From: a virus
Taxonomy: Duplodnaviria; Caudoviricetes
Strand: one strand, 5' to 3'
DNA length: 64,000 nt
Virus record (IMG/VR): IMGVR_UViG_2713896764_000001
Span: 29,669-93,668 of that record
Shown here piece after piece: positions 49,685 to 58,773 of the stretch (within the stretch, counting starts at the first letter, position 1; every line of letters begins with the position of its first letter). A program made the translations under genes and the position numbers. The notes under the pieces were generated by a model, which worked only from the letters and a program-made list of their open reading frames with translations, was not told the origin of the DNA and did no database searches.

Positions 49685-50719
49685 TTATTCTTCCTCTGAT
49701 GCTTCCACCAAAGCCGTCTTCTTCTCAGCTTTGTCGAACAGTGGCAGCATTGCCTCTACCCCACGCTCTTCGAAGAAAGAAACCAGCTCTTTCCGGCGAT
49801 ATTTCTTCTCGCCATACTTGATGTATCCAGAAGACTTCTCAAGAATGCCAACTTCGCATAGGTGGTCAATTGAGCTACCGATAACATCGAATCCTCGGTC
49901 TGTATCGAAGTAGTAATCCCATGTTGCGCGCTGGAACGGCTCTGACACTTTGTTCTTGATACACTCGGCGCCAATGGACTGCCCTGTTTTCTCCGAACCC
50001 TCTTTGATTTGAGAGCGACCTAGCTTGATTCGAACAGAGGCATAGAACTCCGGAGCATTACCGCCTGGGCTTGTAGTAGGATCACCAAACATCACCCCGA
50101 TTTTCGTGCGAATCTGGTTTAGGAATAACATGCAGCAATTGTATTTACGCGCCCAAGCCGCCAGTGTTGGGAAGTTTGCGGCAGTAGCACGCGCCAGCGC
50201 CGTATTGTCATTCATACCCAAATCATCACCGGCTTCCATCTTGGCGAATTTAGATCTCGGAACCATTGAGGCCAGTGAGTCATAGACGATGATGATCGGC
50301 GCTTCATCCGGAATCAGCTTATTCTCACGAACTGTTTTAAGCAGCTTGCCAGTCAGCTCTACCGAGTCCTCAAACGTATCAGGCTGCTTGTAAACCCATT
50401 GACCATCATCCTCGTCAATGTTTAAGCCATACTTGGCGGCCAGCTCACTGACGAATGAGTTTTCATGGTCAAGGAACACCGCAATCCCACCCATGCGCTG
50501 AACAGAAATCATTGCCTGAGTAGCAAGCAGGGTTTTACCTGCTGAAGATGGGCCGAACATTTCGATAATGCGACCACTTGGGAAACCGCCACGGTAAGAA
50601 CCAGAGATAGCCTTATTTAGCGGAGGGAAGCCAGTCGAAAGCCAAACTTTAACGCCTTGGATAGTGTCGTTTCCGCCAACTGCCTTTTTCAATGCCGCTG
50701 CTAGAGGTGATACTGCCAT
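49685..50719 (-). CDS. recA: RecA/UvsX-like recombinase
   Basis: GPSSAGKT, YDSLA, NQIRTKIGVMFGDPTTSPGG, KNK. Confidence 0.95.
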   Translation of the reverse strand: MAVSPLAAALKKAVGGNDTIQGVKVWLSTGFPPLNKAISGSYRGGFPSGRIIEMFGPSSAGKTLLATQAMISVQRMGGIAVFLDHENSFVSELAAKYGLNIDEDDGQWVYKQPDTFEDSVELTGKLLKTVRENKLIPDEAPIIIVYDSLASMVPRSKFAKMEAGDDLGMNDNTALARATAANFPTLAAWARKYNCCMLFLNQIRTKIGVMFGDPTTSPGGNAPEFYASVRIKLGRSQIKEGSEKTGQSIGAECIKNKVSEPFQRATWDYYFDTDRGFDVIGSSIDHLCEVGILEKSSGYIKYGEKKYRRKELVSFFEERGVEAMLPLFDKAEKKTALVEASEEE

Positions 50720-50721
50720 TA

Positions 50722-50943
50722 TTACTTCTCTCCGATTTTCAGGTATTTCTTTACTCGTTCACTGATTTTTTCGTATTGCTCGCTAACCTTTGATAGCTCA
50801 CCATTGGTTAGCGTTTTGCCCGTTCTTGCTTGGTAAAGCATTGGGATACTTGCCATTACACCAACGCCATACAGGTAAACAATCTCTTTGGCTAAACCCG
50901 CTGGCGTAGCAATGGCGTCTTTTTCAAGAATGCTTTTAATCAC
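50722..50943 (-). CDS. Hypothetical protein
   Basis: Coupled between the exonuclease and recA genes. Confidence 0.65.
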   Translation of the reverse strand: MIKSILEKDAIATPAGLAKEIVYLYGVGVMASIPMLYQARTGKTLTNGELSKVSEQYEKISERVKKYLKIGEK

Positions 50944-51887
50944 AAGCAGAACCTCTTGAATGGAGTCACGAACACCTCAATTTCATCCACGATGGACTGA
51001 AAGCTCAGCTCAAGGCATTTGTTCTCAAACTCAGCCTCGTCATAGCGAGGAGGGATTGTTTCGATGTTCTCCGGCATCATTTCTAGATCGGCCAAGTTCA
51101 TCAGCTTCACATTGCGCCGGAAGATATCGAGCATCCCCATTTCCACCTTCTTGTTAAATTCATTGTTGGCTAAGGCGAAATACTTCCTACGGCCACGCCC
51201 TTTGAAGTCATCAACGGTAATTTCTCCGCTTCTGGCCTTTTTAACGAACTCAATAACAGAGCCGCACTCATTCAATAGCTCCAGCGCACCAGACTCACCA
51301 ATACCACCTACACCATCAATTTCATCCGACTTATCGCCGACCAGAGCTTTAAATTCCAAATACTGACGTGGTGTTTGAAGACCCGTTTTCTCGCCTAAGT
51401 AAGACAGCCTGGTAATTTCGTCTTTCCGAACATTCAGCAGGCTTACGTTATCATCCAGCAAAGTCAGCCAGTCGTTATCGCCCGTGTATAAGTAGATGTG
51501 CTCTACGTGGCTTTTGAATCTCCGGCAAAGCATACCCGCCAGATCATCAGCTTCTCCGTCATGCGCTACCAACTGACGGACACCAAGCAAGGACAGCATC
51601 AGCTTGATATCGTCCCTTTGCTGTCTGAATTGGATTCGCATTTCTTTCAGCTTCGGATTGTCGCTGCGCTTACCCTTGTATTCCGGATAGAAAGCGGGTC
51701 GTTTGATTGGTTCGCCGTCCCATAGAACATAAGGTCGAGCATTCAGCTCACGGCAGTATTTGCGGATATTACGAAGCATCCCGAAAATCGCTTGGACTTG
51801 TCTTCCACCCGCCGTCAGTGTCGCTCCTTGCTGGCAGAAGTAGCCAAGCGAATGTGCGTCAACAAGCAATAGGTTCATACCCATCAC
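50940..51887 (-). CDS. 5'-3' exonuclease / flap endonuclease (PolA N-terminal-like)
   Basis: EYKGKR, EADD, GDND, LVGDKSD, GVGGIG. Confidence 0.92.
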   Translation of the reverse strand: MMGMNLLLVDAHSLGYFCQQGATLTAGGRQVQAIFGMLRNIRKYCRELNARPYVLWDGEPIKRPAFYPEYKGKRSDNPKLKEMRIQFRQQRDDIKLMLSLLGVRQLVAHDGEADDLAGMLCRRFKSHVEHIYLYTGDNDWLTLLDDNVSLLNVRKDEITRLSYLGEKTGLQTPRQYLEFKALVGDKSDEIDGVGGIGESGALELLNECGSVIEFVKKARSGEITVDDFKGRGRRKYFALANNEFNKKVEMGMLDIFRRNVKLMNLADLEMMPENIETIPPRYDEAEFENKCLELSFQSIVDEIEVFVTPFKRFCL

Positions 51888-51948
51888 CTCACTAAATTAA
51901 ATTGGGAATTAGGAAGGAATGGGTGAGGTTTCCCCCACCCACTTGCGA

Positions 51949-52896
51949 TTAAAGGTCAGCTAGTAGAGCGTCAAGATCGTCTAGGTCGCTTGAAGAGTCT
52001 GCCTCAGCAGTGGTAGCATCCTCGATCTCAACATCAGAGGTTGGTGTCGGTTCTGGCTTGAACTCCGTTTCCATAGCGGCTTTCAATTCTTCATCTAGCA
52101 GTGAATCCAGATCTTCGTCAACAGCAGTTGAGGTGGTGCTCACGGATGTTGTTGCTGCAACGCCGTGAGTGCCAGTCCCCGCACTTGATGCAGAAGATGC
52201 GTAGCCGATAGCCGGAACACTTGAAACCAGTGGCAAACCGATAACAGCATTTGCCTTGTTTAGTGTGGTTAGCAGACGTGCCTCATCAACACGCTCAGTC
52301 AGCAGCTCGATATTGATTAGCTTGTCCATAGTGTCGGCAGCCAGTGCTTTCTTACGCTTAGGAGAGGCAGAAACAGTGTATTTGGTGTCTGTGCCTGTCC
52401 CGGTGCGAGTAATCACGAACGGATAGCCTTCTTCCAGTGATAGCGGATCACCAAAGCCTTCATCCATGTGCTCAATCAGACGGTCTTGAATCTGATCGAA
52501 ACAGGTAGACGCAAGTTCGATTAGCTGAACACCCTTGTCTTCTTGGCCTTCAACAATACCATTCCACAGGTAACGCTTGGCAGAGCGCATTTTGTTGATT
52601 GTGTTTTCCATAGCTTTGTCGCCTTTGTAGCGAGCCAAGCCTTCGTAAACCGCTTCACAAATCGGGCACTGCTCATCGTGGGTCTGTTTGGTGCATAGGT
52701 ATACAGACATTTTCTCGCCATCTTTCTTAACGAAATGCTGTCCGTATGTTTTAAACGGAAGACCGCCATCTTTCGAACCCAGAAGACGAATGACGTTCTC
52801 GCCGTCTTTCAGCTTGTAAGTGTCGATGCGGGATGATGCGCGTTTTTCCTCTTCGCGTTTTTTGTTGGCCTTTAGTAGTTCTAGGATGTTTGACAT
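51949..52896 (-). CDS. Single-stranded DNA-binding protein (T4 gp32-like)
   Basis: IRLL, QH, C...CPICE, acidic tail. Confidence 0.8.
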   Translation of the reverse strand: MSNILELLKANKKREEEKRASSRIDTYKLKDGENVIRLLGSKDGGLPFKTYGQHFVKKDGEKMSVYLCTKQTHDEQCPICEAVYEGLARYKGDKAMENTINKMRSAKRYLWNGIVEGQEDKGVQLIELASTCFDQIQDRLIEHMDEGFGDPLSLEEGYPFVITRTGTGTDTKYTVSASPKRKKALAADTMDKLINIELLTERVDEARLLTTLNKANAVIGLPLVSSVPAIGYASSASSAGTGTHGVAATTSVSTTSTAVDEDLDSLLDEELKAAMETEFKPEPTPTSDVEIEDATTAEADSSSDLDDLDALLADL

Positions 52897-53024
52897 TTTT
52901 GATTTCCTTGATTTTTTTCAGTTCTCTACGGTATCTCCAAGAGCTGTGCGTCTTGCGCGAGTGCTCTCTTTGACTTCGCGCCAATAATAAGTCAGCGCTT
53001 AATTATTTTTCAAGATTTTTTTGA

Positions 53025-53465
53025 TCACTCTTGCGGGTGCTTTTTGAGAGCAGTAAAAGTCGATGAACCGGTCTTCTCCAACTCCAAAAATTCACGTTTA
53101 GAAGCCTGCACAATCATGTCTCGGCGATGACGGAAAGCCTCAAGTGCATACTTCGCCTTCTCACAATCAGACTTGGCCGCATCATATGCTTCGCGTGCTG
53201 CTCTCATCTTCTCGTGATTCTTCATTTTCGATTCAATTAACGACTCAGTCGGACGGATGCCAGATAGGCTCAAGTCAGCTCGGATAGTGTTGTATAGCCT
53301 TGCCTCCACTTCTTCCATCACTTGCTTGGCCTTCGCCACTCGTCGCTCAGATTGAGTAAGTTTGTCGGCGTATTGGAAGAATAAGATCGCCTGATTACTC
53401 CATACTTCATCGAGATTTGAGCGGTCGAATGCTAAATCTGACAGCGTTTGTTCTACGTTAAACAT
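53025..53465 (-). CDS. UvsY-like recombination mediator
   Basis: Helical protein next to SSB and RecA; start taken at MFNVEQ. Confidence 0.55.
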   Translation of the reverse strand: MFNVEQTLSDLAFDRSNLDEVWSNQAILFFQYADKLTQSERRVAKAKQVMEEVEARLYNTIRADLSLSGIRPTESLIESKMKNHEKMRAAREAYDAAKSDCEKAKYALEAFRHRRDMIVQASKREFLELEKTGSSTFTALKKHPQE

Positions 53466-53647
53466 CTTGCACACCCTCAATAAGATGTTGGGCTTGTCGT
53501 CCTTGTTGGGACACATCAAACTATACAGAAACAATAAAGGGGTAAAAGCCCCAACCTCACAAAAGTAAGTCACCGATGACTATAAATTAAAGTTAAAAGT
53601 AGAATCTTGTGCAAAGCAAAATCAGACCTATCTTTCTATTGATTGAT

Positions 53648-56600
53648 TTAGCCGTTGACTATCTCATAGGCTTTTTTGCAGATATCTTCCAGCTCGGTTT
53701 TCTTCTCAGGTTTGAAGTGCAACATACCTGGATTAAAGCCGAATATGATGTTGCAATCCCTTGCAGAATCATACTCGTTGCGACCGGACAGCTCACTTGG
53801 CTTGAGCTTGGAGGTATTGAAATACCCAGCCGCCAGCGAACCCATTGCGATCACCACCGTAGGCTTGGTGTATTCCAATTCATGCGCAAAGTAGTCCTTA
53901 AACAGGTTGATTTGCTCGGAGGTGAATTGCTCATCCTTACCCTTCACAATCTTCATCAAACTGGTGGCGTAAATATCCCCCATTTTGAACCCTGCATTAG
54001 TAAGCGCTGCCTTAAAGTCATCGTGACCTTCTGACATGATATAGCCGGATTTCTCATCCCATCCATTAGGGGCGTCAAGCACGATCATCACTTTGGGCTT
54101 TCTGCCAATAGTCGGACGCACAATGGCTTCCCCTAGCTCAGTCTCCTTCTCAATGCGACTATGCAAAGCATTCACTTGGGCGCAAACCTTGGCGTCACAG
54201 ATAAAGTCACGCTCAACACCGACAGCATCAATCATGATATCGCCCATTAAAGCCGCTTGGTCTTTGCGTCTGTCAGGGTGTCGAGCGTCCAGCTCCTTTG
54301 GGTCAATGTCAGCAAATGCCCCTACTTTCCGAAGTGCCTCACGAACGCGAGCATTACAGGCTCGCTTTAAAACCACCTCTTCGAACTGCTCCACAGTAGA
54401 GAAACGACCACCGCATTTGGCACGAGCCTCAATAATGGCTTTCGCACCCGCAGCACTACAGCCTTTAACAGCGGAGAATGGCGCATACAGCACCGTTTGC
54501 TCTCGCTTGCTGTCATAGCCAATTTCTAGGCGATCTGAGCTGTGGTTGATACAAGGCGGAACAACTTCGATACCGTGCTCACGCGCATCACGAACAATGG
54601 CCGGATGTTTGTCACTGCCCAAGATAGTCAGTGCTGCGGCAAAGAACTCAGCAGGATAGTATGTCTTGAGGTATGCAGAGCAGAATGACAGTAGCGAGTA
54701 AGCCACCGAGTGAGATTTGTTGAAGCCATAGCCTGCAAACTTCTCGATCTTGTCCCATACATCACCGGCGACAGCTTCCGGAATACCATTGACCTTCTCG
54801 CAGCCTTCAACGAACGATGCTTTCATTTTTGCCATTAGCTCAGCATCTTTCTTACCCATAGCCTTGCGAACCTTATCCGCCTCAGTCATAGAGAACCCTG
54901 CCATGATCTGACAGGCTTTCATGGTTTGCTCCTGATAAACCATTACGCCGTTGGTTTCGCTAAGCAGTTCATCAAGCAGCGGATGAATCGCCTCTGCGCG
55001 CTCATAGCCTTTGGCAACGGACACGAAAGTATCAAGTGCGCCTGACTGCATTGGACCCGGTCGGAACAGTGCTGTTGTCGCTGTTACCGTTTCAAACGTG
55101 AATGGCTCAATACCATTCCCAAGGTCACGAAGTGTTTTCTTCATGCCCGAAGATTCAAGCTGAAACACGGCTGTTGTTCTGCCTTCCGATAGCGTTTTCA
55201 GCGTCTTCTCGTCATCAAGCGGGACTGAGTAAATATCAATGTCCTTCCCGTGACGCTCTTTTACGTAGTCACAGGCCAGTTGAAGCAAATCGAGTGTCGC
55301 CAAGCCTAGAACATCGAGTTTAACCAGCCCCATGTCCTCACAGTGCCGTTTGTCCCAATTGATAGTGCGCTCGCCGCCACGTCGCTCAACGACAGAACGG
55401 TTGGTAAGTTTGTCCCCGGCAACAATCACACCCGCCGCATGTCGCCCATAGCCTCGCATCGTGTTTTGTAACTTACAGGCCAAATCAAACACGGCAGGAT
55501 ACTTGGCTGCAAACTTACCGATGCCACCCAGCTCTTCTTTCGCATCTTCCAAAGGCAAATTGTCACCGTCACCGGTAATTTCCTTGGTAACGGCCAGTTC
55601 AGTCTGGTCAATACCATAGATACGTCCGGCATCACGCAACGCAGAAGCGGAGCCTAAATACATGTAGTTTGGAATGCCGGCCACATACTCTTCACCGTAT
55701 TTGCTCTCAAGATACTCAAGCACTTCATGACGGCGGGATTGTGAAAAGTCCAAGTCAGCATCGGGCAAGTCCAAACGCTCAGGGTTAATGAAGCGTTCAA
55801 ACAGAAGACCATGCCGGATAGGGTCAGTTTCAGTAATGCCTAACGACCAGGCAACGACAGAACCCCCTACGGAACCACGACCGCAGCCCAATGGAATTTT
55901 GCGCGTTTTTGAAGCCTGAATCAGATCGTTAACCAGCAGAAAGTAAGGTGCAAAGCCAAGTTTTTTCAGAATGCCAAGCTCATACTTTACCGCCTCGATG
56001 TATTTGGGGCGCTCAGACTCAGGCGGAACATAGCCAAAACAAGGTTCGACAAAACGATCCTTCAAGCCTTTCACCGCCAACTCTGCCAGTGTCTTGTCTT
56101 CATCATCTGCCATTTTCGGCAATGACACGTCCAGCTTATGCCAGCGCCAGTTGCATTGCTCGATGATCAGGTCTTGGTTTGCTGATACGTAGTCCGGCGA
56201 TACCCGAACACCCATGCGAACGGCGAACTCTTTCAGTGATTTCAGCAGGCGTGAGCGCTCTTGGATGCAGGACTCACGGTTGTATGGAACAAGAGCGCGA
56301 TATGGCTGGTCTGCCTTAACGTTGTTGATAACCAGATACGCAAAGTCCTTGATATCGGCATCTTCAATGGTTTCGTAGTAGGCAGGATAGAACGCGGCTA
56401 CAACCAGCTCTTTTTGATTGGCGTATTCAAGCGCCTTCTTGTTGATTTGGTCATACAGTGGCGTTTCAATCGGGTATAGCGCCATAACGCAGTCAGACGC
56501 ATTCCCTGCGCCAATCATTTTATCTAATAGCTCCGCATGGGTTGGCAGCTTAAACACACTCCCTTTGTCGCTGGAAAGCATCAGAACGTTGCCCTTTGCG

Positions 56601-57004
56601 AAACACTCCGCCACTTGCTCCGGACTTACGCGAGGTTTGAAATAGAACTGCTCTTCGCGGTTGCCAAGTGTCAGCAGCTCGCAAACGTCCACAAAGCCCT
56701 GATCGTTCTTGATTAGCAGGGTCATTGAGAACTCATCTTGTCTGATGCCTTTGGCGCTTTCCCCCGCTTCCTTGGTGCGGTATTCCAGTTGCGGATCTGG
56801 AACAATCGTCAGTCGGACACCGCAGATTACTTTTACATCAGTGTCAGTTGAGCCAAGCTGTGCCGGAATGATCGAGCTGATTGACATGGTATCGGCAACA
56901 ACAATGGCCTCATATCCCATTTCAGCGGCTTTCGGAGCCAGCTTATCAGCCTTTAAAACAGATTCACCCAACGAAAACTCGGTGCGACACAGTAACGCTT
57001 TCAT
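53648..57004 (-). CDS. dnaE: DNA polymerase III alpha with C-terminal UDG-like domain
   Basis: PHP domain, GRGS, LPDADLDF, HAAGV, KLDVLGL, FNKSH; tail VMIVLDAP...PTVVIAMG...FNP. Confidence 0.95.
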   Translation of the reverse strand: MKALLCRTEFSLGESVLKADKLAPKAAEMGYEAIVVADTMSISSIIPAQLGSTDTDVKVICGVRLTIVPDPQLEYRTKEAGESAKGIRQDEFSMTLLIKNDQGFVDVCELLTLGNREEQFYFKPRVSPEQVAECFAKGNVLMLSSDKGSVFKLPTHAELLDKMIGAGNASDCVMALYPIETPLYDQINKKALEYANQKELVVAAFYPAYYETIEDADIKDFAYLVINNVKADQPYRALVPYNRESCIQERSRLLKSLKEFAVRMGVRVSPDYVSANQDLIIEQCNWRWHKLDVSLPKMADDEDKTLAELAVKGLKDRFVEPCFGYVPPESERPKYIEAVKYELGILKKLGFAPYFLLVNDLIQASKTRKIPLGCGRGSVGGSVVAWSLGITETDPIRHGLLFERFINPERLDLPDADLDFSQSRRHEVLEYLESKYGEEYVAGIPNYMYLGSASALRDAGRIYGIDQTELAVTKEITGDGDNLPLEDAKEELGGIGKFAAKYPAVFDLACKLQNTMRGYGRHAAGVIVAGDKLTNRSVVERRGGERTINWDKRHCEDMGLVKLDVLGLATLDLLQLACDYVKERHGKDIDIYSVPLDDEKTLKTLSEGRTTAVFQLESSGMKKTLRDLGNGIEPFTFETVTATTALFRPGPMQSGALDTFVSVAKGYERAEAIHPLLDELLSETNGVMVYQEQTMKACQIMAGFSMTEADKVRKAMGKKDAELMAKMKASFVEGCEKVNGIPEAVAGDVWDKIEKFAGYGFNKSHSVAYSLLSFCSAYLKTYYPAEFFAAALTILGSDKHPAIVRDAREHGIEVVPPCINHSSDRLEIGYDSKREQTVLYAPFSAVKGCSAAGAKAIIEARAKCGGRFSTVEQFEEVVLKRACNARVREALRKVGAFADIDPKELDARHPDRRKDQAALMGDIMIDAVGVERDFICDAKVCAQVNALHSRIEKETELGEAIVRPTIGRKPKVMIVLDAPNGWDEKSGYIMSEGHDDFKAALTNAGFKMGDIYATSLMKIVKGKDEQFTSEQINLFKDYFAHELEYTKPTVVIAMGSLAAGYFNTSKLKPSELSGRNEYDSARDCNIIFGFNPGMLHFKPEKKTELEDICKKAYEIVNG

Positions 57005-57210
57005 TTTTCTTTATCCTTTGGCGCTTTTTCTGGAACATAAAAACAAGTTGAGAAGCCCACCCGCTTTTCAAACTCTGCTTTGCTAATTAACTCTTGATAG
57101 AATGAGTAGCTGAAGTTGACGCGATCCCAGCCATCGGGATCTAAAATCACCAATCCGCTCTCTTCCATAGCCTCTTCCAGCCACTCAAGGCTTGTTCTTA
57201 CCTCTCTCAT
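57001..57210 (-). CDS. Hypothetical protein
   Basis: ILDPDGWDR; coupled to dnaE. Confidence 0.7.
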   Translation of the reverse strand: MREVRTSLEWLEEAMEESGLVILDPDGWDRVNFSYSFYQELISKAEFEKRVGFSTCFYVPEKAPKDKEK

Positions 57211-57380
57211 TTCTTTTTACCTTTGCTGATTCCGTCCATTGGCAGGGTCGCGGTATCTTCACCAAAAATGTCTTTTACGCGACGCATCGCCTCTTCCTGA
57301 CACTCTGGGAAGTGAGAGCAAGCCTCACATGGCTTGCCCTTTTTTCTTGCTGTTAGAATCGAACCAAAACAACCCAACAC
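57207..57380 (-). CDS. Small Cys-rich protein, 57 aa
   Basis: MLGCFGS...CEAC...EC; ATGA overlap with next gene; below the ORF-track cutoff. Confidence 0.55.
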   Translation of the reverse strand: MLGCFGSILTARKKGKPCEACSHFPECQEEAMRRVKDIFGEDTATLPMDGISKGKKK

Positions 57381-57403
57381 TTAAATCACCGCTTACTAAT
57401 CAA

Positions 57404-58660
57404 TCACCCAAAAATGCGCTGTAATGTTTCTTTAGCAGCCGTGATGCTGTCGGCAGGCAGCTTGTTAACCCATGCCTTTTCAAGACCAGCAGCTAAGTTA
57501 CCTCGTAACATTCCCACTTTGGCGGCGTTGATTAGCTCACGAGGGCCGATAGTCATTGGCAGGTCTTGGCGCTCATATGCCTCTCGAACTCGCTTGGCAA
57601 AGTCGCACATCTTCAAGGCATCCTCTTCGCGTAGTGGAACATGCGCACGGATAAGTGCCGCCTCTGACTTGCGATCCATGTATTCAACTTTCTCAACAAT
57701 CGCAAAGCGTGAGTAGTTAGCCGCGTTCTGGATATTAGTGCCCTGATACAAACCAGTTTCATCGCCAGAACCATTGGTGTTACCAGTGCCAATAAAGGCA
57801 AAGTGCTTGTGTGGGTTTACCTTGCGCCACTCAGGAGTAGCATTCTTGATGACCAGCGCTTCACCCTCCAGAACCGCCTGATAAGCCGATAGCACTTGAG
57901 CAAAGGCAAAATCGTATTCATCCGCGACGTAAACAAAGCCGTGACGCATTGCCATTGCCAATAAGCCAGGTTCGAAATAAGTGCCCTCTTGGCTCGCCAA
58001 GATTTGGCCGACGATCTCGGACTCTTCTGTAGAACCGGTATGCTGGGCGCGAATTAAAGGACGGTTCAGCGCAGCGCAAATTTGAGTAGATAGTGAGGTT
58101 TTGCCAGTTCCGGCATGTCCCCAAAAGTAAGCAGGCATACCAAGCTCGATAGCCATAGCCGCGTCCTTGGTCACTTCTGGCTGGAACACATAGCCAGAGG
58201 TGCGCTTAGGAAAAAACTCAGGAAAAGGCGAGTTCAGGAATGCGGTCATCATAATTGGCTTGCCGGTTGAAGACTGTAGCGCTTTCAACGGCAGGCCAAG
58301 TGCCTCATGGAGAGCAACTTTCTCTGTGCGATACTCGGTTTCACCAATATGGCCATGGATAGGAACAACCTTTTCCTCAGTAGCAGCGGAGGTAGTAGCC
58401 ATTTCGCTTTTCTTGGTTTCAGACTTCCTCTCAGGGGCTTGGGTAGCGGCTCCACGCAGCGCCTCTTTCTGGCGGATCATGTGTAGCGCATATTCAGACA
58501 GGGTTGGAGCCTCTGGAAATTCAGCTTTGTATTTTTCGATATCGCCCCACCCTTCATGCTCTCTCTCAAGGTGTGGTTTGATCGCATGGGTAAGTTCACC
58601 GCAAAGGCGGCATGAAATTTTAGACTCTGCCAATGATGCTTTATCTGCTAATGCTGACAT
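57404..58660 (-). CDS. CobS/MoxR-like AAA+ ATPase with N-terminal zinc finger
   Basis: CRLC...H...H, GHAGTGKT, ADEYD, SRF, GPREL. Confidence 0.9.
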   Translation of the reverse strand: MSALADKASLAESKISCRLCGELTHAIKPHLEREHEGWGDIEKYKAEFPEAPTLSEYALHMIRQKEALRGAATQAPERKSETKKSEMATTSAATEEKVVPIHGHIGETEYRTEKVALHEALGLPLKALQSSTGKPIMMTAFLNSPFPEFFPKRTSGYVFQPEVTKDAAMAIELGMPAYFWGHAGTGKTSLSTQICAALNRPLIRAQHTGSTEESEIVGQILASQEGTYFEPGLLAMAMRHGFVYVADEYDFAFAQVLSAYQAVLEGEALVIKNATPEWRKVNPHKHFAFIGTGNTNGSGDETGLYQGTNIQNAANYSRFAIVEKVEYMDRKSEAALIRAHVPLREEDALKMCDFAKRVREAYERQDLPMTIGPRELINAAKVGMLRGNLAAGLEKAWVNKLPADSITAAKETLQRIFG

Positions 58661-58773
58661 GTTGTTACCTCACGTAAACTTGTTTCTTTGTAAATTGGAC
58701 ACTGCGAATATTAAATAATAAGTAAGCGGTGATCTAACTATTTTTCAAATATTCGCAGGTCACTAAAGAATGG

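Noticed and set aside
33386-57004. Inteins or introns in nrdA, recA or dnaE
   Set aside because: Lengths and motifs are continuous, with no splicing signatures
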